A stretch of DNA of 64,000 nucleotides from a virus. Position 1 is the stretch's first letter. Each line of letters starts with the position of its first letter. The notes beneath the pieces were generated by a model, which was not told the DNA's origin, made no database searches, and saw only the letters and a list, made by a program, of their open reading frames with translations. Of the stretch, positions 1 to 8,916 are shown piece by piece. The translations under genes and the position numbers were made by a program. The stretch is from the IMG/VR virus record IMGVR_UViG_3300026521_000471, positions 122,518-186,517 of that record; one strand, given 5' to 3'.

Positions 1-834
1 CAAACTCTAATCGTTAATAAATTGAAAGGTGTTATTTCTGTTTGTGCTATTGATGCACCTGGTTTTGGTGCTAGAAAAAAAGAATATCTAAAAGATATTG
101 CTGCAATGGTAGGAGCTGAGTTCGTATCTGCTGATTTAGATATTTCTATTGAACAAATTACAGCCGATATGATGGGTTCATGTGAAAAAGCGATTATATC
201 AAAATTTGATACAACATTAGTAAATAGTCAACCTAGAGGAACATCAAAAGATGATAGATTAGCGGAGTTACAAGGTCAAATCAAAGTTGCTGATAATCAA
301 TATGATATTGAATTTTATAAAGAACGTATTGCTAAAATGACTGGCGGTGTAGCTGTTATTCGAGTTGGTGGTGCTTCAGAAACAGAAGTTGAAGAGAAAA
401 AAGATAGGGTCGATGATGCTCTTGGTGCTACTCATGCAGCAGTTGAAAGTGGTATTGTAATTGGCGGTGGATGTGCATTATTACATGCTGCCGAAAGTGT
501 AAATGTTAAAGATTTAAATATTGCTAATTCTGATGAAGCTGCGGGTGTACAAATTATATTAGAAGCTATCAAACAACCACTTAAATTAATTGTTGAAAAT
601 GGTGGAGGAAGTGGAGATTTTGTATCTGAAACTGTTATTAGAAATACTGATATAGAAGGGTATGGATTTAATGCAGCGACTGAAGAGTATGGCGACCTTT
701 TTGAAATGGGTATTATTGACCCAGTAAAAGTAACAAAATCAGCTCTTAAAAATGCTGCATCAGTTGCTACATTACTACTAACATCAAAAACTATCTTAAT
801 GAAACAAAATCAAGCAACAGCTGTTCATGGCTAA
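1..834 (+). CDS. groEL: Chaperonin GroEL (Hsp60), C-terminal ~277 aa; 5' end lies outside the window
   Basis: Open frame from nt 1. Translation QTLIVNKLKGVISVCAIDAPGFGARKKEYL...GGVAVIRVGGASE...GIVIGGGCALL...GIIDPVKVT matches the GroEL C-terminal half motif by motif. Confidence 0.9.
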   Translation, partial: QTLIVNKLKGVISVCAIDAPGFGARKKEYLKDIAAMVGAEFVSADLDISIEQITADMMGSCEKAIISKFDTTLVNSQPRGTSKDDRLAELQGQIKVADNQYDIEFYKERIAKMTGGVAVIRVGGASETEVEEKKDRVDDALGATHAAVESGIVIGGGCALLHAAESVNVKDLNIANSDEAAGVQIILEAIKQPLKLIVENGGGSGDFVSETVIRNTDIEGYGFNAATEEYGDLFEMGIIDPVKVTKSALKNAASVATLLLTSKTILMKQNQATAVHG

Positions 835-862
835 TAATTAATTTTTATTTAATAATCCTTTT

Positions 863-870
863 TGTATAAT
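863..870 (+). promoter_or_regulatory. extended -10 promoter TGTATAAT (member of a recurring TTTGTATAAT family)
   Basis: TTTGTATAATAATATAAAAGGATTATTAATG; about 18 nt to the ATG. Confidence 0.5.
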
Positions 871-888
871 AATATAAAAGGATTATTA

Positions 889-1317
889 ATGACTATAATT
901 GAAATGCTTGAAACTCCAGAAAAATATATTCCACACGGCGATTATTGCTATTATAACAACACCAACTGTCCATTTTGGGAATTAAAAAGTGGTGAATATC
1001 CTCCACAAGAAGATGGATATTGTCATTACTTACACGAATCTGATTGGGATTATAATGAACGGTCTAAAGCTGAAATTGTTTATGCTAAAAATCCAGATCT
1101 AATAGGTACAAATGTAAATGACTACTTTGATGATGATATTGACCCAATATCAGGAAAGAAAACACATTTCCCAGTAAGTTTATTATTCGATCAAGTAAAA
1201 AGTTGTAATGTAAATATGGATGGTTATGACGATACTATTATTATTCAATATGATTCTGATACAGGTGAAAAAAATGAAATTTCCATAGGAGATTTAAAAA
1301 AGACTAACAATGCTTAA
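889..1317 (+). CDS. hypothetical protein
   Basis: The ORF-track start at 862 is a TTG inside the TGTATAAT promoter. ATG 889 is preceded by AAAAGGA. No recognisable domain. Confidence 0.45.
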   Translation: MTIIEMLETPEKYIPHGDYCYYNNTNCPFWELKSGEYPPQEDGYCHYLHESDWDYNERSKAEIVYAKNPDLIGTNVNDYFDDDIDPISGKKTHFPVSLLFDQVKSCNVNMDGYDDTIIIQYDSDTGEKNEISIGDLKKTNNA

Positions 1318-1711
1318 AATAGAAACTTCAACAAATAAATCGTCTAAATCTATGTTTATAAAAGGGATTATCCACTTTACGGATAATGAATTAAATTTTG
1401 AAGTTCTACAAGAAGAATTCTTTTTTAATTTCTTGGAAAAGAATGGGGAATTCTTATCCCAATCCGATTTTGATATTCGCCTTGAATACGATTTAAAAGA
1501 GTTTGAGTGGGATATTAATCCTAAAGAAGATGAAGTGTACGGAGTGCTATGGGAATTTAAATTACACTCTAACAAATCTTGGACGGATTGTGGTTATGAA
1601 TATGATAGTGAGATAGAAACTATTAATTTAACTTTTGATCTTTTTGACTTAGAAGCTACTAATAGGGTTTTAAATGATGAAAGATATTTTAGCTTTGAAG
1701 GAGATAATTGA
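1310..1711 (+). CDS. hypothetical protein
   Basis: ORF track; start codon overlaps the stop of the upstream gene. Confidence 0.45.
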   Translation: MLKIETSTNKSSKSMFIKGIIHFTDNELNFEVLQEEFFFNFLEKNGEFLSQSDFDIRLEYDLKEFEWDINPKEDEVYGVLWEFKLHSNKSWTDCGYEYDSEIETINLTFDLFDLEATNRVLNDERYFSFEGDN

Positions 1712-2151
1712 TGATATGCCCAATTTGTAATAAAGGTAAGGCATTACCAAATGAAAAACAACCTCAGCCTGGAACACATGCTTATACCATAGTTTATGAT
1801 TGTGGTACAAAGATTGATTATGCTTATGGGTATGATGATTATGAAGAAGTTACAGTTAAATGTACCGATAAAAAAACCAATTCAAATGAAAAACCAAAAC
1901 CACAAGAAAAAAATAATAAATTATCTTCAATAATATTTGAACACAAAGGTTTATTTCCGGAATCGGATATACATTTAGTTCATAAAGTTTTAGGATTTAT
2001 GGTTGAAGCTATTGAAGATGCCCCTAAAAATAAAAGAGATATTCAATCTTTAAATGGTTCGGAGTTAATGAAAGAAGTTATGAAAAAAGGTAAAGGATCA
2101 CTCAATCCAAACACAGTTGAAAAAATTATTAAATTTATTAAGGAGATATAA
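1708..2151 (+). CDS. hypothetical protein with N-terminal CxxC pair (zinc-ribbon-like)
   Basis: MMICPICNKG...DCGTK; start overlaps upstream stop (ATGA). Confidence 0.45.
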   Translation: MMICPICNKGKALPNEKQPQPGTHAYTIVYDCGTKIDYAYGYDDYEEVTVKCTDKKTNSNEKPKPQEKNNKLSSIIFEHKGLFPESDIHLVHKVLGFMVEAIEDAPKNKRDIQSLNGSELMKEVMKKGKGSLNPNTVEKIIKFIKEI

Positions 2152-2153
2152 TA

Positions 2154-2675
2154 ATGAAATTAAAAGACTTAATCAATGAAGAAAAAGAAACTAAAGGGAC
2201 TTATGCAGGTGTATTACTTAGTCAAGACGATGAAGATAAAATCATCTCAATAGTGAAAGAAATGGGAATACCTAATCCTATTCCTCGAAAAGATATTCAT
2301 ATTACACTTTTGTATAGTAGAAAGGTACTACCAGATTATAAACCAAATGAAAATTTAGATATTTGGGCATATCCGACTGAATTTCATATTTTTAATGGTG
2401 GTAATGGTAAAGATATTCTTGTATTAAAGATTGACTCTCCTGATTTAGTTAAAAGACATAAAGAGTTGATGAAAGAACATGAAGCTACTTATGATTTCCC
2501 AGAATATATCCCACATATCACATTAAGTTATGATTTAGAAGATTATTTAAATACAGAAGATGATAGACTTAAAGCCATTAATGAAAAATTTAAAAGTTTA
2601 TTACCTAAAGAGTTTCATTTAGTTAGAGAATACGTAGAAGATTTAAATTTAGATTGGGAGAATAGTAATGACTGA
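2154..2675 (+). CDS. 2H phosphoesterase (LigT / 2'-5' RNA ligase / cyclic phosphodiesterase family)
   Basis: Two H-x-T/S-x motifs (DIHITLLYS and IPHITLSYD) with the spacing typical of the 2H family. Confidence 0.6.
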   Translation: MKLKDLINEEKETKGTYAGVLLSQDDEDKIISIVKEMGIPNPIPRKDIHITLLYSRKVLPDYKPNENLDIWAYPTEFHIFNGGNGKDILVLKIDSPDLVKRHKELMKEHEATYDFPEYIPHITLSYDLEDYLNTEDDRLKAINEKFKSLLPKEFHLVREYVEDLNLDWENSND

Positions 2676-3615
2676 AAATCTGTTAAATTATATTAAAGAG
2701 TTATCACTTAATGATAAAAAAACTTTAATTCAAAAAGTCACTAAGCTATTTGAAGAAGGTGGTGAACTTTCTAAAGTAGTTTTACCATTTGAAGGAGCTT
2801 ATGCTACAAATCATAGAGTAGTAAACAAACAAAAGATTCTTGAAGAATGTGCTGATGTTTTTCTAGTAAACCAAAGTATAATGTATAGTGCCGGGTTTAC
2901 TGATGAAGAATTCAATGATATGGTTTTAAAGAAAGCTCAAGTATGGAATGGATTACAAGTTAAAGAAGATAGAGCATTAGCAAAAAGTGATTTGATGCCT
3001 TATGAAATTCATATTACAGTTAATGCTGAAAATGGCATTGATATAGAACAATATAAAAAAGATTGTAAATTTATCGGTGTTAAACCTATTGTACTTGATT
3101 TACAAGATAAATCCGGTGAACCTGTTATGGATGATGTAATGACTTCATCTAAAATTGTTGGTAATAATGGTGAAGCATTTGAAGAAATGAAAAGAATTTC
3201 TAATCATCTAACTTCACTAGGTTATAATGTAATTAGAGAAAAGATTGAAGCCAGTTATTGGCATACTAAAGCACCTTTTAAAATTGATGGCGATACAAAA
3301 ATGCCAGAGGGATGCTATTTTGAATGCCACCTAAACGTTTCTTGTACAGATGAAAAATTACCTCTACTATCAACTATAGCAAAAAATACAAATTGTCATC
3401 TTTCAAAAAATAAATTTAAAGTATTTGATGATGGAAGCTTTACAATTATGATGACTTATCGAAGCTATGACCAAATGTTTGAAGATTTTGAAGATAGTTT
3501 AAAATGGATTAAAAAATGTTTAATTACAGATAATTTTGAATTAGAAAAAGAAGTAGTGGAATTTAGTATCTATGATACAAAAATTACTCATGACTCAAAA
3601 TGGTTGGAAGCGTAA
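2668..3615 (+). CDS. MazG-like all-alpha NTP pyrophosphohydrolase N-domain fused to an unknown ~200-aa C-domain
   Basis: KLFEEGGELSKVV...EECADVFLV resembles the MazG/HisE EExxE...EELAD signature. Confidence 0.5.
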   Translation: MTENLLNYIKELSLNDKKTLIQKVTKLFEEGGELSKVVLPFEGAYATNHRVVNKQKILEECADVFLVNQSIMYSAGFTDEEFNDMVLKKAQVWNGLQVKEDRALAKSDLMPYEIHITVNAENGIDIEQYKKDCKFIGVKPIVLDLQDKSGEPVMDDVMTSSKIVGNNGEAFEEMKRISNHLTSLGYNVIREKIEASYWHTKAPFKIDGDTKMPEGCYFECHLNVSCTDEKLPLLSTIAKNTNCHLSKNKFKVFDDGSFTIMMTYRSYDQMFEDFEDSLKWIKKCLITDNFELEKEVVEFSIYDTKITHDSKWLEA

Positions 3616-3958
3616 ATTGAATACTAATCTTCTTGAGAAAAAAGCTGATGAATTAATAGACAATGCAGGAATTGTTTGTTTATGCGGTAGTACAAAATTT
3701 AAAAAAGAATTTGAAATAGCTACTTCAATATTATCCAAAAAAGGCTTTATTGTATTAAGTGTTGCACAATTTTCCCATCATGATAATTTACCTTTAACCG
3801 AATTTGAAAAAATAACTTTTAATAAGTTACATTTTAAAAAAATAGAATTAGCAGATTTAGTTTATATTGTCAATCCAAATAATTATATTGGTGAATCTAC
3901 AAAGGATGAAATTGAATATGCTAAATCTCTAAATAAAAAAATACAATATATGTTTTGA
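3572..3958 (+). CDS. nucleoside 2-deoxyribosyltransferase / DNPH1(Rcl)-like protein; true start may be the internal ATG at 3590
   Basis: IVCLCGSTKF...KGFIVLS and ADLVYIVN...IGESTKDEIEYAKSLNKKI resemble the DNPH1/NDT fold signature (GS...AD.VvAevt.PSlG.gyE...A...K.i). Confidence 0.4.
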   Translation: MIQKLLMTQNGWKRKLNTNLLEKKADELIDNAGIVCLCGSTKFKKEFEIATSILSKKGFIVLSVAQFSHHDNLPLTEFEKITFNKLHFKKIELADLVYIVNPNNYIGESTKDEIEYAKSLNKKIQYMF

Positions 3959-3989
3959 ATTTGTATAATATAATAAAAAAAGGAAGAAT

Positions 3990-4148
3990 ATGGATCATAA
4001 AATTCGAGAATTATTAGAAAAAATCCAACATTTTACAAATAAAGCCGTAGGTTTACTACAAGAAGAAAAATATGATGAAGCCGCTTTTTTCTTTAATCTA
4101 AGTTCTAGTTTAAATTCTGAAATCGCATTACTAATAAAGAGAGATTAA
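3990..4148 (+). CDS. small hypothetical protein (52 aa)
   Basis: ATG after a TTGTATAAT promoter (3962-3969) and AAGGAAG ribosome-binding site. Not in ORF track because it is under 60 aa. Confidence 0.3.
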   Translation: MDHKIRELLEKIQHFTNKAVGLLQEEKYDEAAFFFNLSSSLNSEIALLIKRD

Positions 4149-4150
4149 TA

Positions 4151-5482
4151 GTGATTACATTAGAATATGTTGCTAGTGCTTGGATGAATTTTAATTTCCT
4201 AAATTCAAAAGACCCGGAATTATTAAAATGGGCATCTGAAAATTATACTGCAAATTTAAAATATATGATGAGTAAATTAGAAAATAATATTTTTGAATTT
4301 TCCGGACTTTATAATGCTTTTTATGAACCCGAACAATATGAGCGTATTTTAGAATGTGGAATAAGTGATCCGAGTTGCGGACATAAACATGTTTATGCTG
4401 ATAGTGGTGGTCTTCAGATGATGAAGCAAAATCTAAATATTACTGAAGAGATTAAAAAAAATATAATGCAAAATCAAGCAAAATACTCAGATTTTGCATT
4501 TATTTTTGATGAAATACCATCTTATAATGTTGATGATACACGAGTATTTGTGAATGAATGGGTAAAACCTTACGGTGAAAGAACAGGACAAAATTTAAAT
4601 ACATTATTAAAAGTTATAAAAGATAATAATTCTCATACAAAAGCAATACCTATTGTTCAAGGTAGAGGAAGAGAGCAAATAACTGAATTTACAAACGCAA
4701 TGTTATCTCAAATATCAAAGAACGATTTAAAATATATTGAAGCTTTTGCTATGGGTAATGCCCATGGAAATGGTTTTGGTTTATTGCAATCTACTAGTAC
4801 TTTTTTATCTATGAAAAATATCGATAATAAATTTAAAAAACACATTCACTTACTTGGAGTAACAGGTTTTGATAGGATGATTCCAATTCTTCAATTAGTA
4901 AAAAATGGTTTATTTGAGCATACCGAAAAGATTTCATTTGATAGCAGTTATCATGCTAAAACCTATGCTTTTGGCAATCTTCAAAAAAGCGTTGAATGGT
5001 GTATTAATGGTATGCAAGATGATAAATTAGGTTTAAAAAGAAATAAAATGACAGAAGACTTTTTTAAAGAATTAGATGATTTTTGGAAAAATTCTCCCAC
5101 GTATAATATTGATGAATTTGATGACTATTTTAAATATTCATCATGGGATAAAGATAAAATCAACACACCAAATAGACAATTAGCTGAGCGAGACGTAGAA
5201 GCATATAAAAAAAATGTAAATATTATTCAAAATTATATTTTCTTAAATATGTACAAATATTTTGAAGTTTTAAATAAATTTATGACTGATGAACTTACTA
5301 TGGAGCAGATTCTCCATAGTAAAAAAACTCTAAAGATATTCCAACCATTACAAAATGTATATTCACTTGATGAATTATATGATTGGGAAAATTATGCCGC
5401 ATCAAATTATAAAGTTCAAGTTAGTAGCTCTATCGATAAAGCACCTTTTGACATTGATAAAGTAACTGATGTTTTATTTTAA
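4151..5482 (+). CDS. tRNA-guanine transglycosylase-fold protein, DpdA-like (putative DNA 7-deazaguanine transglycosylase), paralogue 1
   Basis: GTG start after a ribosome-binding site. YADSGGLQMM matches the TGT catalytic DSGG(F/Y)Q motif. HLLGVTGFDRMIPILQLVKNGL...ISFDSS matches LMGVG.P...G.DMFDC. No CxCxxC zinc site is present. Confidence 0.7.
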   Translation: MITLEYVASAWMNFNFLNSKDPELLKWASENYTANLKYMMSKLENNIFEFSGLYNAFYEPEQYERILECGISDPSCGHKHVYADSGGLQMMKQNLNITEEIKKNIMQNQAKYSDFAFIFDEIPSYNVDDTRVFVNEWVKPYGERTGQNLNTLLKVIKDNNSHTKAIPIVQGRGREQITEFTNAMLSQISKNDLKYIEAFAMGNAHGNGFGLLQSTSTFLSMKNIDNKFKKHIHLLGVTGFDRMIPILQLVKNGLFEHTEKISFDSSYHAKTYAFGNLQKSVEWCINGMQDDKLGLKRNKMTEDFFKELDDFWKNSPTYNIDEFDDYFKYSSWDKDKINTPNRQLAERDVEAYKKNVNIIQNYIFLNMYKYFEVLNKFMTDELTMEQILHSKKTLKIFQPLQNVYSLDELYDWENYAASNYKVQVSSSIDKAPFDIDKVTDVLF

Positions 5483-5494
5483 TAGGAAACATTT

Positions 5495-6805
5495 ATGACA
5501 ACAAATTTAGAATTCGTTTTTTCAGCTTTTCCTCATTATATGAAAATGTGTAGGCAACAGGGTGAGATGTATAAAGCAACAGCCCAGTCAGTCCAAACAT
5601 CAATAGCATATATGAGATCAAAACTCAAAGATAATGTATCTGTAAGTGCTTTATTTAATGCATATACAGAGGAAGATTGTGCTAGAAATGCATCTAATAG
5701 ATTTACAGGTATGAAATCCATTATTGGTAGTAACCTCTATGCTGATAGTGGTGGATTACAAATGATGACTTTAGGACATACAGTTGATGAAGCACAAAGA
5801 AAAAAAATTTATGAAACCCAAATAAAATATGCGACACATGCTATGAGTTTTGATGAAATTCCCGGTATTTTCATTGATAAAAAAAAATATTATAAACCAG
5901 ATACCGTATATAACTGTGGCGTTATTTCTGGGGGAAATTTACTTGAACAGTATAATTTTTTCAAAGAGGCTAGATCAAATACAAAAATTGTGCCAATTAT
6001 TCAGGGATGGGGTTATAAAGATACAGATCTATTTACTCAAGGTTTGATGACAAATTGTAAAAATATTTGGAACGAATTTGATATGTTAGCTGCTGGATTT
6101 CAAAGTTCATCAATTTGGGGAACGGCTCAAAGAGCAATAGATATATATACAAATCCATTACTCAAAAAACAATTTTTAAATCATTATCACATGCTTGGTA
6201 TGAGTGGTTATAAAAGAATAATCCCTATGATAATGATACTTAAAAGCGGATTAATAAAAGATATGAAGACACTTTCATTTGATAGTTCCTCAATATCTAT
6301 GACATATGTAATGGGCAACGTTATAAAATCGACTGATGATTTAATCAATAATAGAAAATATGAATTGGGGAAAGAAAGAACTAAAGAAGTTGAGGATTAC
6401 TATAAAGAGCTGTATGAATTCTGGAAAGATGCACCCAATTGCAATTTTAAAGATTGGGAAGACTTATTAGAAAATTCTCAATGGAATAGTAGGGGTGTTA
6501 AGAGTGCAAAAGCTCGTCATGATGAAACCAATGATATTAATGAATCATTAAAATATCTGACACAAGAACAATATTTTATTTTCTATAATGTATATAAGTA
6601 TGCTATGGTTCTTGAAGATTTTTTAGAGGGTAATATAGAATTATCAGATATATTTAAAGGTAAGGATTTAGAATTATTCAGTCAATTAGAAAAAATAGAT
6701 AATATAGATGATTTCTATGAATGGCAAGATTATGTAAATAAAACACAAAATATAAAATTAGAAATATTTGAGAAAGATAATGATTTTTCAAATATTTTAT
6801 TTTAA
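5495..6805 (+). CDS. tRNA-guanine transglycosylase-fold protein, DpdA-like, paralogue 2
   Basis: YADSGGLQMM and HMLGMSGYKRIIPMI...LSFDSS; collinear paralogue of the upstream gene. Confidence 0.7.
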   Translation: MTTNLEFVFSAFPHYMKMCRQQGEMYKATAQSVQTSIAYMRSKLKDNVSVSALFNAYTEEDCARNASNRFTGMKSIIGSNLYADSGGLQMMTLGHTVDEAQRKKIYETQIKYATHAMSFDEIPGIFIDKKKYYKPDTVYNCGVISGGNLLEQYNFFKEARSNTKIVPIIQGWGYKDTDLFTQGLMTNCKNIWNEFDMLAAGFQSSSIWGTAQRAIDIYTNPLLKKQFLNHYHMLGMSGYKRIIPMIMILKSGLIKDMKTLSFDSSSISMTYVMGNVIKSTDDLINNRKYELGKERTKEVEDYYKELYEFWKDAPNCNFKDWEDLLENSQWNSRGVKSAKARHDETNDINESLKYLTQEQYFIFYNVYKYAMVLEDFLEGNIELSDIFKGKDLELFSQLEKIDNIDDFYEWQDYVNKTQNIKLEIFEKDNDFSNILF

Positions 6806-6855
6806 TTTAAATATTTTATATAAATAATATTAATCAGAATAAAAAAGGGAATAAT

Positions 6856-7917
6856 ATGAAATTAATAGATGTTATTATGGATAACTCATTAGAAATTGAT
6901 GAAGGTTTTATCTTAGAACTAGAGGAATTGGATTTACTTGAAAATATAGTAAATGAATTAGAATTATTAGAAGCTAGAAATATAGCAACTACAAGCAATG
7001 AAAATATAGTGTATGTTAAATCACTTAAAGCATTGCGTGAAAAAGCAAGAAAAATCATTAAAGATGCTATGAAAAAAAATCCAAAAACTAGAGCTGAATT
7101 AATAGCAAAAGTAAGATACTTAACAGGTAGAGGTAAAAAAGAACAACGTATTAAAGATGCTGCAAAAGGAATATATAAAGGTGGTAAACCAGTTGAAGAT
7201 AGCGTATATAATATTACTAAAGCGGATTTAGAAATCATAAAGAAAAATGAAGCAGAAGGTAAATCTAAACCTAAAACATTATCTCCTAACCAAATTACTT
7301 ATAAAGCTAGCCAGACACCAGGTGACTATAAAACATTAACTTTAACTAATCTTTTTGCTATAAAAATTAAAGATAAAGTTTATACAGTTAAATCGGCAGA
7401 AGATAAAATAGAAAAATATGCAACTGATGCAGCAAAAGTTGTAGTTGAAGCTAGAAATAAAACTGCAAAAATTTGTAAAGAGTTTGGGTTAAAAGAACCT
7501 TTCATTCCAAAATCAGAGGAAGAAGCTAAAAAATATATCATTGATGTATTGATTAAACCTATGTCTAAAGCTGCAAGAAATGCTAAAGAAAAAGCTAAAG
7601 AAATGTTAAATCGAAAAATGGCTGGTGAATCATTACCAAAAAATGACTATGTAATTAAAATTGATTCTTATAGACATGGTAAAGTTACAGTTCTTGTTCA
7701 ACTACATCTTGATAAAGTTGTTGAATCATTAGGTTTAGAAGGTATAAAAGCAAGTGAAGTTCCAGATTCATGGTCAGGCACTAAAGCTGCATGGGGGAAA
7801 CAAGTAAAACAGTACAAGGCAGAAATTCAAGATAAGATTGAGTCAATAGCTGGACCAAATGCTACAGTTTCAATCGGTAATGCTGGTGGTTGGATTACTA
7901 TTAGATTTACTAAATAA
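6856..7917 (+). CDS. hypothetical protein (Lys/Glu-rich, possibly structural)
   Basis: ORF track; ribosome-binding site AAAAGGGA upstream. Confidence 0.5.
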   Translation: MKLIDVIMDNSLEIDEGFILELEELDLLENIVNELELLEARNIATTSNENIVYVKSLKALREKARKIIKDAMKKNPKTRAELIAKVRYLTGRGKKEQRIKDAAKGIYKGGKPVEDSVYNITKADLEIIKKNEAEGKSKPKTLSPNQITYKASQTPGDYKTLTLTNLFAIKIKDKVYTVKSAEDKIEKYATDAAKVVVEARNKTAKICKEFGLKEPFIPKSEEEAKKYIIDVLIKPMSKAARNAKEKAKEMLNRKMAGESLPKNDYVIKIDSYRHGKVTVLVQLHLDKVVESLGLEGIKASEVPDSWSGTKAAWGKQVKQYKAEIQDKIESIAGPNATVSIGNAGGWITIRFTK

Positions 7918-7938
7918 TAATACTATAAGGTTGTTTTT

Positions 7939-7946
7939 TGTATAAT
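7939..7946 (+). promoter_or_regulatory. extended -10 promoter TGTATAAT inside the palindrome TGTATAATTACAATTATACA
   Basis: Read from the sequence; 22 nt upstream of ATG 7969. Confidence 0.5.
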
Positions 7947-7968
7947 TACAATTATACAGGAGACAACC

Positions 7969-8862
7969 ATGACAATAGCATTTATTTCGGATATTCATCT
8001 TGATTTTTGGATACCTATAAAATTAAATGGAACTAAAGAAGATTTACGATTAGACAACTTTATATCAAACACTTTAAAACCGATAAAAGCTGATGTACTC
8101 ATTATCGGTGGTGACAATTCCCACTATAATCAACAATTTAAAAAACTCCTTATAAAACTAGCAGAATTAAAATTATTTAAAAAGATAATTATTACTTATG
8201 GTAATCATGATATGTATTTAGTTTCAAATAAACAAATACACGATTATAAAATTTCGATCAATAAAATCACAGAAATGAAAAAAATATGTACTGATATTGA
8301 TACTGTTGAATTTTTAGATGGTAATATAATTGAGGTAGATGGAATAAAAATCGGAGGTTGTGCTATGTGGTATGATTATTCATATGCTAAAAAATTCTTT
8401 AATATGAATGATTTCCATATGCTACAAAAATGGAAACAGGTTATGAATGACGCCAACTATATTTATGGTACAGATCACTTAGGGTTAAATGAAGTTAGAT
8501 CAATGTATTCATATGGAAAAACTAAAATTTATACTTTTGATCCATTGCTATTTTTTGAATCGGAAAAAGATAAACTATTAAAAATAATAGATAAGGTAGA
8601 TATTTTTGTTTCGCATTTTGGTCCAGCTATACCACCCAATTTGGAATCAAAATATATGAATATTGATACAGGTTTTTATTATTTTGATGGCGAACATTAT
8701 CTTTGGGGTGAAAAAGCACCTAAATTATGGATTTTTGGACATACTCATACAAAATATGAATGGAAAGTTAATAATACATGGATGGTATCAAATCCATTAG
8801 GATATAAATCTGAAAATACTGGAACATCTATTGATATAATAGAGTTAGACGACCTTTATTAA
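7969..8862 (+). CDS. calcineurin-like metallophosphoesterase
   Basis: Motifs ISDIHLD, GGDNSHY, YGNHDMY and GHTH. Confidence 0.6.
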   Translation: MTIAFISDIHLDFWIPIKLNGTKEDLRLDNFISNTLKPIKADVLIIGGDNSHYNQQFKKLLIKLAELKLFKKIIITYGNHDMYLVSNKQIHDYKISINKITEMKKICTDIDTVEFLDGNIIEVDGIKIGGCAMWYDYSYAKKFFNMNDFHMLQKWKQVMNDANYIYGTDHLGLNEVRSMYSYGKTKIYTFDPLLFFESEKDKLLKIIDKVDIFVSHFGPAIPPNLESKYMNIDTGFYYFDGEHYLWGEKAPKLWIFGHTHTKYEWKVNNTWMVSNPLGYKSENTGTSIDIIELDDLY

Positions 8863-8916
8863 ATATTAAGTTATATTTAGATATAATTATAATATTAAAA
8901 TAAAAAGGTATTATAT

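Noticed and set aside
862-888. ORF-track start codons at 862, 15673, 31530 and 41480 (also 52338 and 28758)
   Set aside because: These are TTG or GTG codons lying inside promoter or repeat elements, or they overlap the upstream gene. A downstream ATG with a proper ribosome-binding site is a better start. GTG/TTG starts at 4151, 10158, 24058 and 32825 were kept because each has a well-spaced ribosome-binding site.
1294-1575. Antisense ORFs nested inside larger genes (1294-1575, 5536-5721, 5850-6047, 6834-7238, 10143-10325, 10685-10885, 13610-13825, 14707-14889, 16138-16365, 18309-18512, 21313-21501, 21673-22029, 22163-22357, 27608-27832, 27916-28110, 28372-28650, 30407-30706, 31157-31402, 32938-33186, 35167-35475, 38940-39311, 40343-40528, 41717-41920, 41796-42053, 44422-44604, 44489-44737, 50058-50243, 50152-50355, 52996-53190, 55539-55787, 56711-56914, 57802-58227, 58513-58740, 60470-60661, 62029-62241, 63131-63397)
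   Set aside because: They are short, low-complexity, lack a ribosome-binding site, and are fully embedded in well-supported genes on the other strand or frame. These are typical shadow ORFs of AT-rich DNA.
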